DNA of 64,000 nucleotides, from IMG/VR virus record IMGVR_UViG_3300036781_000303, positions 1 through 64,000 of that record. One strand, written 5' to 3'. This document shows positions 16,874 to 26,227 of this stretch, piece by piece. Under the pieces are notes generated by a model. That model saw only the letters and a list, made by a program, of their open reading frames with translations, did not search any database and had not been told where the DNA came from. Both the position numbers and the translations under genes were made by a program. The stretch is from a virus. How positions within the stretch are numbered: the stretch's first letter is position 1; each line of letters starts with the position of its first letter.

Positions 16874-18088
16874 ATGTCTACACGTACGTTTGCTCGTACC
16901 ACGAAACCTGCCATTCCCATGGTGTCGCTCAATAGCGCCAACGCACATAGCGTGCAGCTAGCTGCCAAGCATTATGGCCTTGACGCCAAGCATCAGACAG
17001 CCGTCGAAGCTGATCACCCCACCAAGAACGACTTGACCACACTGCGTGACATCTTGTGGCGCATGGGTATCTACAATATTCCCAACTACCCGCGTCGCGC
17101 CAAGTGGTACCCGACCGCTGACTACATGCCTGTACCGCAACCCGTGACGGTCAACAAGACGAAGGCAGCGCACGCCAAAGTCAAGGCGCCTGCAGCTACG
17201 GTGTCCACACGAGTCGATGGCGATGCCGTCAAGACGCAGACCTACGGTACGAAGTCCAACGCCAAGCGCGGCGCTATGCGTAAGTTCGGCAGCTTGAACG
17301 GTTTGCAGCTGATGGGCACCGAAGGTGCCTGGTTCTATGCCAAGACCGGTGAAGGCAAAGCACTTGTCGATATCACTACGCGTGTATTGGCAGACGACGA
17401 AGTAAGCGCCTTGAAAAAGGCACTGAGCAAACAAAGCAAGCCTGTCGAAGTGCTGCAGGTCGGTGACGAGCTCGTCGTGAGCGTGCAGAATATCGCCGGC
17501 TCGATGGATGAACAGACAACAGCACTGCGAGAAGCGCTCGACCAGGCCACCGCAACGAACGCCAGCAACGCCGAAGCCATCAAGCAGGTAAAGGCGCGTG
17601 TGAAGGCCACGACCAAGGCCATCAAAAAAGCGGTCAAGAAAGCCATCAAAAAGGTTGTCAAAAAAACTGTCGTCAAGAAAGCGACGGCCCCCTTGAAAAC
17701 GGTCAAGGGCAAGCGCGAGAAAGCTAAGGCAGCCGTGACCAAGGCGCGCAACCCGGTGGGCGGTTACCCCATGGGCGTGACGCCCAATGCCAACGCGGCC
17801 AAGGTCGCGGCTAGGCCGCGTGCTAAGACCAAATTCACCCTCGTGCACGATCGTGAAGAGAAACACGGCCAGGTGTGGCCATGCCCTGGGACGACGTGCG
17901 ATACGCTGTGGCGCTTGTATGACACCATGGCTAAGGCTGCAGGCGGTCCCGAGAAAGTCTCGATTGGCGCGGCACGCAAAGCAGCGGCAGCCAAGGACTT
18001 TCACCCCACCACGACGACCGTGCAATTTTATCGCTGGCGCCGCTTTCGCGGCGTGCGTGGTCGCGGTAGCAAGCAAAAGGTCGATTAG
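16874..18088 (+). CDS. Lys/Ala-rich (histone H1-like) protein with C-terminal putative DNA-binding domain
   Basis: GAGGAG SD; KKAVKKAIKKVVKK repeats; C-terminal QFYRWRRFRG domain. Confidence 0.75.
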   Translation: MSTRTFARTTKPAIPMVSLNSANAHSVQLAAKHYGLDAKHQTAVEADHPTKNDLTTLRDILWRMGIYNIPNYPRRAKWYPTADYMPVPQPVTVNKTKAAHAKVKAPAATVSTRVDGDAVKTQTYGTKSNAKRGAMRKFGSLNGLQLMGTEGAWFYAKTGEGKALVDITTRVLADDEVSALKKALSKQSKPVEVLQVGDELVVSVQNIAGSMDEQTTALREALDQATATNASNAEAIKQVKARVKATTKAIKKAVKKAIKKVVKKTVVKKATAPLKTVKGKREKAKAAVTKARNPVGGYPMGVTPNANAAKVAARPRAKTKFTLVHDREEKHGQVWPCPGTTCDTLWRLYDTMAKAAGGPEKVSIGAARKAAAAKDFHPTTTTVQFYRWRRFRGVRGRGSKQKVD

Positions 18089-18090
18089 CT

Positions 18091-18471
18091 ATGACCATGC
18101 AAAAGTGGATTTCTCACGCGCAATGGCCTCTTCATGTGTATAGCGGCGACGTGTTCGGCACAGGCATTAGTACCGATACGCACGATAGCGAAAGCGAAGC
18201 AGTTGCCGTATGTCGTGGCCTAGAACGTGATGGGTTCGGCGGGCAGCGCAAAGAATTTCCCATTGCGACGTGGGTAACAATGCAGAAACCAAACGCTAAA
18301 GACGAACAAAGTATTGCAGGCATCGGTAGCCGTACGAATGCACTGGGTAAGTTAGTCGAAGGTGCTAGGTTGCTCATTGCTTCTGAATCACCTAAGCAGT
18401 GTTTTCAGAGTCACAAGCAAGCAGCGGCTTACAAAATGATACGTGAAGCACTTGCGCGTATAGACAACTAG
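18091..18471 (+). CDS. hypothetical protein
   Basis: Tightly packed ORF. Confidence 0.55.
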   Translation: MTMQKWISHAQWPLHVYSGDVFGTGISTDTHDSESEAVAVCRGLERDGFGGQRKEFPIATWVTMQKPNAKDEQSIAGIGSRTNALGKLVEGARLLIASESPKQCFQSHKQAAAYKMIREALARIDN

Positions 18472-18485
18472 CAAGGTACAAACTT

Positions 18486-18749
18486 ATGCATGAGCGTGAA
18501 TCATTCTGGCGCATCTCGGTCAACGGCTATGGCACATTTGCCTTTTTCGGGACTGAGCAACAGGCAGAAGAAATGCGCGCTCATAAGGCATGCTGGGAAC
18601 GTGGCGTTGCAACGAAGCGACGCGTACCTGTTTCTTATCATATGTGTGCGGAATTGATCGAACGCAACGCGCGTGAAGCTGATGCCGGCGCACAAAGTGC
18701 CATCGATCTTCGCCGTCGACTTGAAAACTATTTAGGGGTGTCGGTATGA
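18486..18749 (+). CDS. hypothetical protein
   Basis: AAGG SD; ATGA overlap. Confidence 0.55.
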   Translation: MHERESFWRISVNGYGTFAFFGTEQQAEEMRAHKACWERGVATKRRVPVSYHMCAELIERNAREADAGAQSAIDLRRRLENYLGVSV

Positions 18750-19990
18750 ACAACGAACAGCTTGATACAGAACGGACGACGTTTGAAGCATGGTGGCATG
18801 CAAGTAAATACATGCAAGTCGTTCTATCGAAATATTCGACGAAACAGACTGCGTGGGATGCATGGCAAGCCGCACGCTCTCAGCCTGCAAAGTCGCCAGA
18901 GACCAGATTCGAAGAATATGTTGCTTCGCTCATAGCGAAAAGCCCAGATGTGCGCGAGTTAGGTGAGCGATTGGCGCTTTGGCTCGATGACGATAAGTTC
19001 AATACGATAGAGCCAATACTCACAGGCATTGCTAAGAAGCTCTCGCAGCCTGCCGAAGCTAAAGATGATGATGTCTGCCGAAAATGTGGCGGACACCTAG
19101 ATACAGGCTTTGAATGTAACGATTGCGGAAAACTGCAAAAGCCTGACGCGCTGAGGGTGACGAGTGACGAGGCAGTTGAACGTGCATGTATTGCCACCTT
19201 CAAGCATCTTAAGATGAACTGGAGCAATACCAGCGAACCAAAGAAAATTGATTGGCGAGCAACGATGCGCGTCGCCATCGAGTCCATCTCGCCTGCGAAG
19301 CTTCCATGGCAACCAATAGATACGGCACCCAAGGACAACAAGCGTCCTTTGTATTTGGCGCGCATCGTTGGAGACGAATTAAAAGAGCTAGACTTTAATG
19401 GTAGCTGGGAATCAGAAAGCGAAAGCTGGGAGATGCCCGAGATTTACCATTACTGGGCTAGCGAAAATGGTATCGAATATCCCACGCATTGGGCTTATCA
19501 AGATGACCCAGTGCCACTACTACAGCCTGTGCAGCAAGGCATCGAACTACCCGAAGGCTACGGACCGCCAGAAGGTTACGAGCTGAACGAGCATCTTGCC
19601 GGCATTTGGCAATATGAGCTTCAAGAAAATGGCCAACGATTGGCTTCTGCGACGTCGTGGAACAGTCCTATTCTTGCTTGCATCGCGGCATGGCAAGACA
19701 AAGTAGCGTCGCTTGATCCAACAAAACCTGATCAACAGCCTGTGGCAACCGTATTGTTGCCCGACCCAGAAGACGAACGCGATGGTGTTCGCTTCTCTCT
19801 CGCTGACTGGGACCGACTGAACAAGCTGCCAGCTAAAACTAAACTGTATGTGACGCCACAACCTTGGCAACGCGCCGTACCGGTAGAGACACTAGAATGT
19901 CTCATGCGCGTTGAATACCAAGATGTGTCGACAATCACCAAAGAGCTGCAAAAATTGATCGCTTCGACCAATGGCAAGACGACCCCATGA
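18746..19990 (+). CDS. mosaic accessory protein (DUF551-like WQPIDTAPKD module, Zn ribbon)
   Basis: CRKC..CNDC; WQPIDTAPKD..PTHW. Confidence 0.65.
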   Translation: MNNEQLDTERTTFEAWWHASKYMQVVLSKYSTKQTAWDAWQAARSQPAKSPETRFEEYVASLIAKSPDVRELGERLALWLDDDKFNTIEPILTGIAKKLSQPAEAKDDDVCRKCGGHLDTGFECNDCGKLQKPDALRVTSDEAVERACIATFKHLKMNWSNTSEPKKIDWRATMRVAIESISPAKLPWQPIDTAPKDNKRPLYLARIVGDELKELDFNGSWESESESWEMPEIYHYWASENGIEYPTHWAYQDDPVPLLQPVQQGIELPEGYGPPEGYELNEHLAGIWQYELQENGQRLASATSWNSPILACIAAWQDKVASLDPTKPDQQPVATVLLPDPEDERDGVRFSLADWDRLNKLPAKTKLYVTPQPWQRAVPVETLECLMRVEYQDVSTITKELQKLIASTNGKTTP

Positions 19991-20319
19991 GCAATCCACC
20001 TAGAAAGAACCCATCATACAAAGCTAGCACACCATTGTTCGTAATGTTGAAAGATCAGTGGTCGCGCCAGCTTGCTATACCTCAGGTAATCGATGAATGC
20101 GCAGCCAGTGGGTACGTCGTTGACTGGCACTTCGTTGAGAATCTGTTCAAGCTTTTAAATTCCAAGATGGAACGTGACATGCACAATAATATTATTGCAC
20201 AGCCTAGCGTGCCGGTAGAGGCGTTGATTGCGCTGCCTCGTAAGCGAACGTCGTTAGGAACAGTCGTGAAGCTCGCAGATATTCAGCAGCTCATAGCCGC
20301 GCACGATGGCAAAGGTTGA
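19987..20319 (+). CDS. hypothetical protein
   Basis: ATGA overlap. Confidence 0.55.
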   Translation: MSNPPRKNPSYKASTPLFVMLKDQWSRQLAIPQVIDECAASGYVVDWHFVENLFKLLNSKMERDMHNNIIAQPSVPVEALIALPRKRTSLGTVVKLADIQQLIAAHDGKG

Positions 20320-20325
20320 GGCAAC

Positions 20326-20640
20326 ATGAGTGCCCGGCTACGCATTTTGGTAGCACTACGCCATGAGGAAAAGACGCCTCGACAGCTGGCCGACGAATTG
20401 TTTATCAACATAGTTGACGTGAAAAAGCATCTATGCGACTTGTGCGCAGATAAGCTTGTTCATCGCATGTTCTTTCACAACACGGTTACCAATAAGCCTG
20501 ACTTCAAATATTCATCAGTGCGTTACCAGAAACGCTATAGAGACGACAGCCCATCGAACGCAGTGCTGTCTGATGTGGTTGGTGCTTGGGACGTAATCGA
20601 CATGCACAAGCAGGCAAAACGCGAAAGTAAGGGGAAGTGA
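20326..20640 (+). CDS. winged-helix DNA-binding protein
   Basis: ILVAL..TPRQLADELFINIVDVKKHL..L pattern; GAGG SD. Confidence 0.6.
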   Translation: MSARLRILVALRHEEKTPRQLADELFINIVDVKKHLCDLCADKLVHRMFFHNTVTNKPDFKYSSVRYQKRYRDDSPSNAVLSDVVGAWDVIDMHKQAKRESKGK

Positions 20641-20850
20641 GATGACAATCTATTATTACTACAGGTACAGAGAGATGGACGGTTCATGGAGTGACTGGCA
20701 GCGTATCTCATACGACCGCTATCTAGAACTTCAAGATGCCAGAGATGTAGAAACAACTGAGCAACGCTACGAGTAACACAATCGCTTCTTGACACACCGC
20801 GCACGCGTTATCAACGTCAACCGTAGTACTCGACGATAAGGGTTCAAACC

Positions 20851-21303
20851 ATGGCTAACTTTATTCTGATCAAAATGCCCGACTTCGACAAAGTCGGTAA
20901 GCGGCTATCTGCACACGATGCCGCGCTCGCTGTTGCACGTAGCGGTGTGTGGCCACTGTGGTCACGTACGCCGTGCAAGGACCTGGTGAAAGCGGGCGAC
21001 AAGGTAGCCATCTATACGGGTGGCGCCAAGGCACAGCGTGTGATTGCCAAAGCCGTCGTCGAAGGTCGACATGCATGGTCGAACACTGACACTGCTGCGT
21101 ATCCATTGGCCATGAGCGGCATACCGCTTATCGCGCTGCAGTTGAAGGTAACCGAGCTAGCAGAAAGCATTCATCTACCTGACTATCTCGACTTGCTGGA
21201 CCTCACCATAACGAACAAGAAAAAGTGGGGCGTTAAGCTCATGGGCGGCATGCGCTCGATGACCGACAACGACTATGCGCTACTCACAGGCCAGTATTTA
21301 TGA
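20851..21303 (+). CDS. EVE/PUA-like domain protein
   Basis: GVWPL..VKAGDKVAIY..G..VIAKAVV..YPL..GMRSMTDNDY pattern. Confidence 0.6.
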   Translation: MANFILIKMPDFDKVGKRLSAHDAALAVARSGVWPLWSRTPCKDLVKAGDKVAIYTGGAKAQRVIAKAVVEGRHAWSNTDTAAYPLAMSGIPLIALQLKVTELAESIHLPDYLDLLDLTITNKKKWGVKLMGGMRSMTDNDYALLTGQYL

Positions 21304-21467
21304 ATCGTCTAGTCGTCGGGTTACAGCTTGCCATGGCGATACTATTGCTTGCTGCAGTCTTTGTGCTGGGGTTCTGCTATGGCATGCATTTCAATGCAGA
21401 CCTACTAGCCAAGATCATGGGGCAGAGTTAACTCGTTTCATCACATCGTCATTGATAAGGTGACCAC

Positions 21468-21893
21468 ATGCACATTCAACGTTTGACTGCTATCGCTCAG
21501 TGGCTCGAAGCCGGTGCACCTGAGAAAGCAGGCGTATCACGCTTTCATATGACACGCTACATCGTGCAAGATCATCAACATTGCGGTACGCGCTGTTGCA
21601 TCGCAGGTGCAGCTATACAGTTTGATCGTGCCGAAAAAGGCGAAAGACCCTACAGGCATGAAACTGAGATAACAGGCGTCAATACCTATGACTGCACAGC
21701 TGTTGTAACGGTAGCGGCACGCATTCTTGATTTACCGTTTAACACAGCTGCCAAGCTGTTCGTAGGTGAAAACACGCATCATAGTCCTGGCGCGATGTTA
21801 AGCGATGTCACACCGGCATGGGCTGCGCGTTGCATTCGAAAGCTCATGGCCACAGGCGAGGTCGATTGGTCAGGCACCGAGCAAGCGATTTGA
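21468..21893 (+). CDS. hypothetical protein
   Basis: AAGGTG SD; CGTRCCIAG motif. Confidence 0.6.
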   Translation: MHIQRLTAIAQWLEAGAPEKAGVSRFHMTRYIVQDHQHCGTRCCIAGAAIQFDRAEKGERPYRHETEITGVNTYDCTAVVTVAARILDLPFNTAAKLFVGENTHHSPGAMLSDVTPAWAARCIRKLMATGEVDWSGTEQAI

Positions 21894-21947
21894 GTCATTA
21901 CACTAATCATTCGAAAGCAGACATTTAGCATCAACGGACGCTACCCC

Positions 21948-22835
21948 ATGTTTATTCTGATCGATCGCACCAATAAGCAGGCCCTGGCACGCCACAGCAG
22001 CATGCGCGCTTTGATGGCATTGCACTACATTCAATTCGCCAACGTCGATGCTGCTATCTTGCGTGAAGGCGCCAACCGCGATTGGGCGCAGTTTGACCAT
22101 GGGTTGCTAGTCGGTATCGCGCAAAGCTGTGGCTGCAAGGCCAAGCTACCCGAGCGCTATGGCGACGTGCTTAAAGTAGCGCGTCAGATTGCAGAAGCCG
22201 CCGATTGGCTCGTGCTGCCTTTCGAGCTGAAAGACTTGGATGCGCAAGCCTTTGCTATCGATCCCCGCGACGGCCGTCCCATGAAGTTCAACGCCCAGGC
22301 ACCTACACCCATTGTGACCAGGTCATGGACAGCGTCACCTCAGGTATTACGCGTGCGTGCTGATAGTACATACGGTTTGGAGTTCTCTGCAGGGACGGCC
22401 GGAGTTATCCCGCGCCTTTCATTGCAGACGCCTTCCCATGTAGGTAAGGTCAAAGCCCCCATCGTGGGTTCTCAATCATCGAACGAGGTCAAGAGCATGG
22501 CAACCGCCAAGAAAGCTGCAACCAAAAAGGTAGCGGCTAAAAAGGCAGCAAAAAAGGCGCCGCGTGCGCCTGCCAAGAAAGTTGCTGCGAAGAAAGCGCC
22601 AGCCGCACCGAAGGCACCATCTGCGCCGCGCGCGGGTAACGAAAAGCAGCACGGCATCACGCGGCCTCGTGCCGGTGGCATCACTGCGAAGGTGTGGGAA
22701 ACCGCCGATAAGCTGCGCGAGAAGAAGCCAGGCCGTGCAGCCGTTGTCGAAGCATTGCCTGATATCTCGCAAGCAACCATCAGTACGCAGTATCAGCGCT
22801 GGCGTACGTTCAATGGGCTGATTGGCCGCGAGTAA
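21948..22835 (+). CDS. protein with C-terminal histone H1-like segment and putative DNA-binding domain; probable internal start at 22497
   Basis: ATAKKAATKKVAAKK..; C-terminal QYQRWRTFNG domain similar to that of 16874-18088. Confidence 0.7.
   Translation: MFILIDRTNKQALARHSSMRALMALHYIQFANVDAAILREGANRDWAQFDHGLLVGIAQSCGCKAKLPERYGDVLKVARQIAEAADWLVLPFELKDLDAQAFAIDPRDGRPMKFNAQAPTPIVTRSWTASPQVLRVRADSTYGLEFSAGTAGVIPRLSLQTPSHVGKVKAPIVGSQSSNEVKSMATAKKAATKKVAAKKAAKKAPRAPAKKVAAKKAPAAPKAPSAPRAGNEKQHGITRPRAGGITAKVWETADKLREKKPGRAAVVEALPDISQATISTQYQRWRTFNGLIGRE
22422..22450 (+). promoter_or_regulatory. internal sigma70-like promoter
   Basis: TTGCAG-N17-TAAGGT upstream of GAGG SD and in-frame ATG at 22497. 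Confidence 0.5.
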
Positions 22836-22871
22836 GTCGAGCCGCTTCGTATAAACGAACATTATCGTTTC

Positions 22872-22900
22872 CAATGGCGCCTCTTTGGCGCCATTGCTTT
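22872..22900 (+). terminator. rho-independent terminator
   Basis: CAATGGCGCC-TCTTT-GGCGCCATTG then CTTT. Confidence 0.6.
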
Positions 22901-22912
22901 CGGGACCCTACT

Positions 22913-23629
22913 ATGCAAAACCTTCAAAAGCCAGATAAGCCTGTTGTAGGCGATGGCTCATGGCTACAAGTCCATTCTGTCTTTCTGACCATTCAAGGCG
23001 AAGGCCCATTTGTCGGCGAACGCGCTGTGTTCATTCGCCTGGCAGGTTGCAATCTGCAATGCCCTCTCTGCGATACGGACTACACCAGCAATCGCGCCAG
23101 CTGGTCAGTCGATGAACTGATGCAAGTCGTAGCAGCGAGACATAACAAGCAAAAAGCCAATGCACTTGTGGTTATCACAGGTGGTGAACCGTTTCGTCAG
23201 CCCATTGGCTGCTTGGTCGAAGCGCTTGTCTATCAAGGCTATCGCGTTCAAATCGAAACCAACGGTACCTTGTATCAACCTGGCTGTTGGGGGCATGACT
23301 TAGTCACTATCGTGTGCAGCCCAAAGACCGGTAAGGTACATCCATTGTTGCAAGATTTCATTGCAGCCTGGAAATACGTGGCTACGGCAGACAGTCTTAA
23401 AGATTCTTCCGATGGTCTGCCCACAAGTGCGTTAGGTCGCGCATCGCGCGCGCCTTTAGCGCGACCCAGCGCATATAGGTTGTTGCGTAAGCGAGCTATC
23501 TATCTGCAGCCCGCTGATGAAGGCAACGAAACAGCCAATGCGGCTAATCTGTGGGCTGTGGTCAGTTCATGTCTTACACATGGCTACAAGCTGTGCCTGC
23601 AGATACACAAATTCGCCATGCTACCTTAA
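22913..23629 (+). CDS. queE: 7-carboxy-7-deazaguanine synthase (radical SAM)
   Basis: TIQGEG, FIRLAGCNLQCPLCDTDY, VITGGEP, IETNGT, CSPK, LQIHK. Confidence 0.93.
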   Translation: MQNLQKPDKPVVGDGSWLQVHSVFLTIQGEGPFVGERAVFIRLAGCNLQCPLCDTDYTSNRASWSVDELMQVVAARHNKQKANALVVITGGEPFRQPIGCLVEALVYQGYRVQIETNGTLYQPGCWGHDLVTIVCSPKTGKVHPLLQDFIAAWKYVATADSLKDSSDGLPTSALGRASRAPLARPSAYRLLRKRAIYLQPADEGNETANAANLWAVVSSCLTHGYKLCLQIHKFAMLP

Positions 23630-23638
23630 GGACAACCC

Positions 23639-24472
23639 ATGAAGTCCGTCGCGTTAGTTGTCTTGTCGGGTGGACAAGACAGTACCACTTGCTTATTCGA
23701 AGCGCTCGATGCGCATGACGAAGTGCACGCCATCACGTTTGGCTATGGTCAATACCATGAGCGTGAGATTGCATGTGCCGAAATGGTTGCACGTTTCGCA
23801 CGCGTGGCGTCGCACGAAGTGCTGCAGCTAGGTGACCATATACTGCACAGTACGTCGCCGCTCTTGAAGTCAAACGACTATCAACCGTTTCCAGATTCTT
23901 TGGCGATGCAGCCGAACAAGCTGGCGAATACGTGGCCCACTTTTGTGCCCATGCGCAATCAGTTGTTCTTGACTATCGCCGCCAATCGCGCTGTAGAGCT
24001 TAATGCGCGCTATATCTACATAGGCGCGTGCAAAGCGGACTATGAAGGTTATCCGGATTGTCGCGATGCCTTTCTACATAGCATTGAGCGTGCTATCAAT
24101 TGGAGTAACGGTGTCAGCTCTGATGGCACGCTAGTAGTAGCGCCGCTATTGCGGCTGTCCAAAGCGGACATCGTGCGTCGATCGCTCATGCTGCATGATT
24201 GCTGGGAAGCCCTGGCCATGACGCATACGTCGTACTCAGGCGAGTATCCGCCAGAGCTGAACGACCATGCAGCCATAGTGCGTGCGCATGGTTTCCAAGA
24301 AGCCGGCATACCAGACCCGCTTGTATTGCGCGCTGTCTGTGAAGGTCTCATGTGTACGCCAGAAACGGCCAACTACAGCCATGAGGCGGTGCGTCATTAT
24401 CTGCCGCGACTCACGTACGCTATGAAAGTCATCAAACAGTTAAGCCAGGGGACAGCACATGCACACGATTGA
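23639..24472 (+). CDS. queC: 7-cyano-7-deazaguanine synthase (variant lacking the C-terminal Zn cysteines)
   Basis: LSGGQDSTTC PP-loop, FVPMRN, YPDCR. Confidence 0.9.
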   Translation: MKSVALVVLSGGQDSTTCLFEALDAHDEVHAITFGYGQYHEREIACAEMVARFARVASHEVLQLGDHILHSTSPLLKSNDYQPFPDSLAMQPNKLANTWPTFVPMRNQLFLTIAANRAVELNARYIYIGACKADYEGYPDCRDAFLHSIERAINWSNGVSSDGTLVVAPLLRLSKADIVRRSLMLHDCWEALAMTHTSYSGEYPPELNDHAAIVRAHGFQEAGIPDPLVLRAVCEGLMCTPETANYSHEAVRHYLPRLTYAMKVIKQLSQGTAHAHD

Positions 24473-24935
24473 GCGGTATCACGACATGAGCTGTGGCCAC
24501 AGGGTATGTGGCCACGAAGGCAAGTGTTCTAACTTGCATGGCCACAATTACCGCGTGACTTTCGTTTGTGCAGCCGAAGAAGCTGGTACCAGTCGGCCCG
24601 AAGACGACTTGGACGATGTTGGCCGCGTGATCGATTTCGACGTTGTCAAAACACGGCTGTGCCAATGGCTCGAAGACAACTGGGATCACAAATTTTTGTG
24701 CTTTGAGCATGACCAGCTAATGCTGCATGCATATAACAATGCGCCTTACCATTTTCATACGCTTTTTCACGAGTCGCTTGTATGGGTGCCGTTTAATCCA
24801 ACGGCTGAACGCATGGCACAGTACCTGGTCGAAGTGCTTGGACCCCAGCAGCTCGACGGTACAGGTGTGCAGGTCATCGCCTGCAAGGTCGAAGAAACAC
24901 GCAAATGCAGCGCTACGTTTTTCATTGATGCGTAA
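24459..24935 (+). CDS. queD: 6-carboxytetrahydropterin synthase
   Basis: GHR..GKCSNLHGHNY, DF, DHKFL, NPTAE, VEET. Confidence 0.92.
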   Translation: MHTIERYHDMSCGHRVCGHEGKCSNLHGHNYRVTFVCAAEEAGTSRPEDDLDDVGRVIDFDVVKTRLCQWLEDNWDHKFLCFEHDQLMLHAYNNAPYHFHTLFHESLVWVPFNPTAERMAQYLVEVLGPQQLDGTGVQVIACKVEETRKCSATFFIDA

Positions 24936-24964
24936 GCTGCACTCACCACTACAAGAGGCAAGTC

Positions 24965-25453
24965 ATGAACAAGCTAAACGAAAATGACGACAACTTTTCA
25001 CTCGCCGACGAAACCGAACAACTGCGTACGGCCATGCGATCGTTAGAGCAACTAGACTACTCGCAGCGTGTCTTGATCAATGCTTACAAAGGTGTGACGT
25101 ATATGCAGGCGCTGTGCTATGCATTGTCGTCGCGCAGTGGTTGGTGGAAACGTCCTGATGGGCGACCTATCGATCCCTTCAATTCCGAAACCTACGGCAT
25201 GAAGATCGCGCTTATTCATAGCGAGGTGACAGAGGCGCTCGAAGGTGATCGCCGTGACGCCATGGACAAGCATTTGCCACATCGACGTATGGACGAGGTA
25301 GAGCTCGCCGACGCGGTTATCCGAATATTCGACCTGGCCGATGCTCGCCGTATGGACCTAGCCGGTGCCATCATCGAAAAGCTGGCATACAATCAAGCGC
25401 GTGCTGACCATCAGCTGAGTAATCGCGCTCAGCCTGGCGGCAAAGCTTACTGA
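24965..25453 (+). CDS. MazG-like nucleotide pyrophosphohydrolase
   Basis: IALIHSEVTEALEG..EVELADAVIRIFD all-alpha NTP-PPase motif. Confidence 0.8.
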   Translation: MNKLNENDDNFSLADETEQLRTAMRSLEQLDYSQRVLINAYKGVTYMQALCYALSSRSGWWKRPDGRPIDPFNSETYGMKIALIHSEVTEALEGDRRDAMDKHLPHRRMDEVELADAVIRIFDLADARRMDLAGAIIEKLAYNQARADHQLSNRAQPGGKAY

Positions 25454-25567
25454 TCCCGCGCAGCTACCGTTGCCACTGCAATCGCACATGGCAAACGCTG
25501 CGTTTTTACGGCTGGTGTAGCCCGAGCCAGTGGATGTAAATCGGGCGCCCTTTACTGAGGACTCGTT

Positions 25568-26224
25568 ATGATCATTTTTACATTTGCATGTGTGCTGTTC
25601 GTCGTCGCTGCGTTCGCTTGCTTGATCTGCCGTTATCTATATCTGCACGCTCGCGCCAAGCGTCACGGCCTGAATTACACAAGCGTCATGGACAGCATCG
25701 TGTCGCCTAACGAAGCGCGCAAGCGTGAAGTGCCCAAAGCAACAAGCTTAGCGGATCAAGATTTCGCCGAACTTGAACAGCGTGTCCTAGCGCATAGCAC
25801 TCGACCGCCTGGCAAATCGAAGTTACAGGCTTCGGATGCGGGTTTGTCGCCCACAGGTCGCAAGCCTGCACCGCTACGCGATTATCAGCTTAGAACGCTC
25901 AGGGACCTTTACGGCCACAGCCATACTACCCACGGACTGCGCTCGCCTGGGCCGCTTGTCCCCAAGGCATCGCACCGCCCGCTGCCGTGGGCCCCAACCG
26001 TACCCCCTGTGGCTGTACCTGCGGCCGCTGACAGCGGACCTGACCTAGCCACCGTGGTCCTGGCAGCCGAAATGGGCGTGTTGCTGGCAGAAAGCGCGTC
26101 CGGCGCCCAGGACTGCAGTCAGGACAGCAGTCCCAGCTATGACAGCGGGTCGTCCGACAGCTCATGCGACTTTAGTGGTGGCGGGGGTGATACGGGCGGC
26201 GGTGGCAGCAGCGACGGATTCTAA
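25568..26224 (+). CDS. membrane-anchored protein with Ser/Gly/Asp-rich tail
   Basis: N-terminal hydrophobic helix; FSGGGGDTGGGGSS tail; GAGGA SD. Confidence 0.6.
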   Translation: MIIFTFACVLFVVAAFACLICRYLYLHARAKRHGLNYTSVMDSIVSPNEARKREVPKATSLADQDFAELEQRVLAHSTRPPGKSKLQASDAGLSPTGRKPAPLRDYQLRTLRDLYGHSHTTHGLRSPGPLVPKASHRPLPWAPTVPPVAVPAAADSGPDLATVVLAAEMGVLLAESASGAQDCSQDSSPSYDSGSSDSSCDFSGGGGDTGGGGSSDGF

Positions 26225-26227
26225 GCC

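Noticed and set aside
16958-18076. 372-aa minus-strand ORF
   Set aside because: Antisense shadow of the Lys/Ala-rich gene; no recognisable motifs
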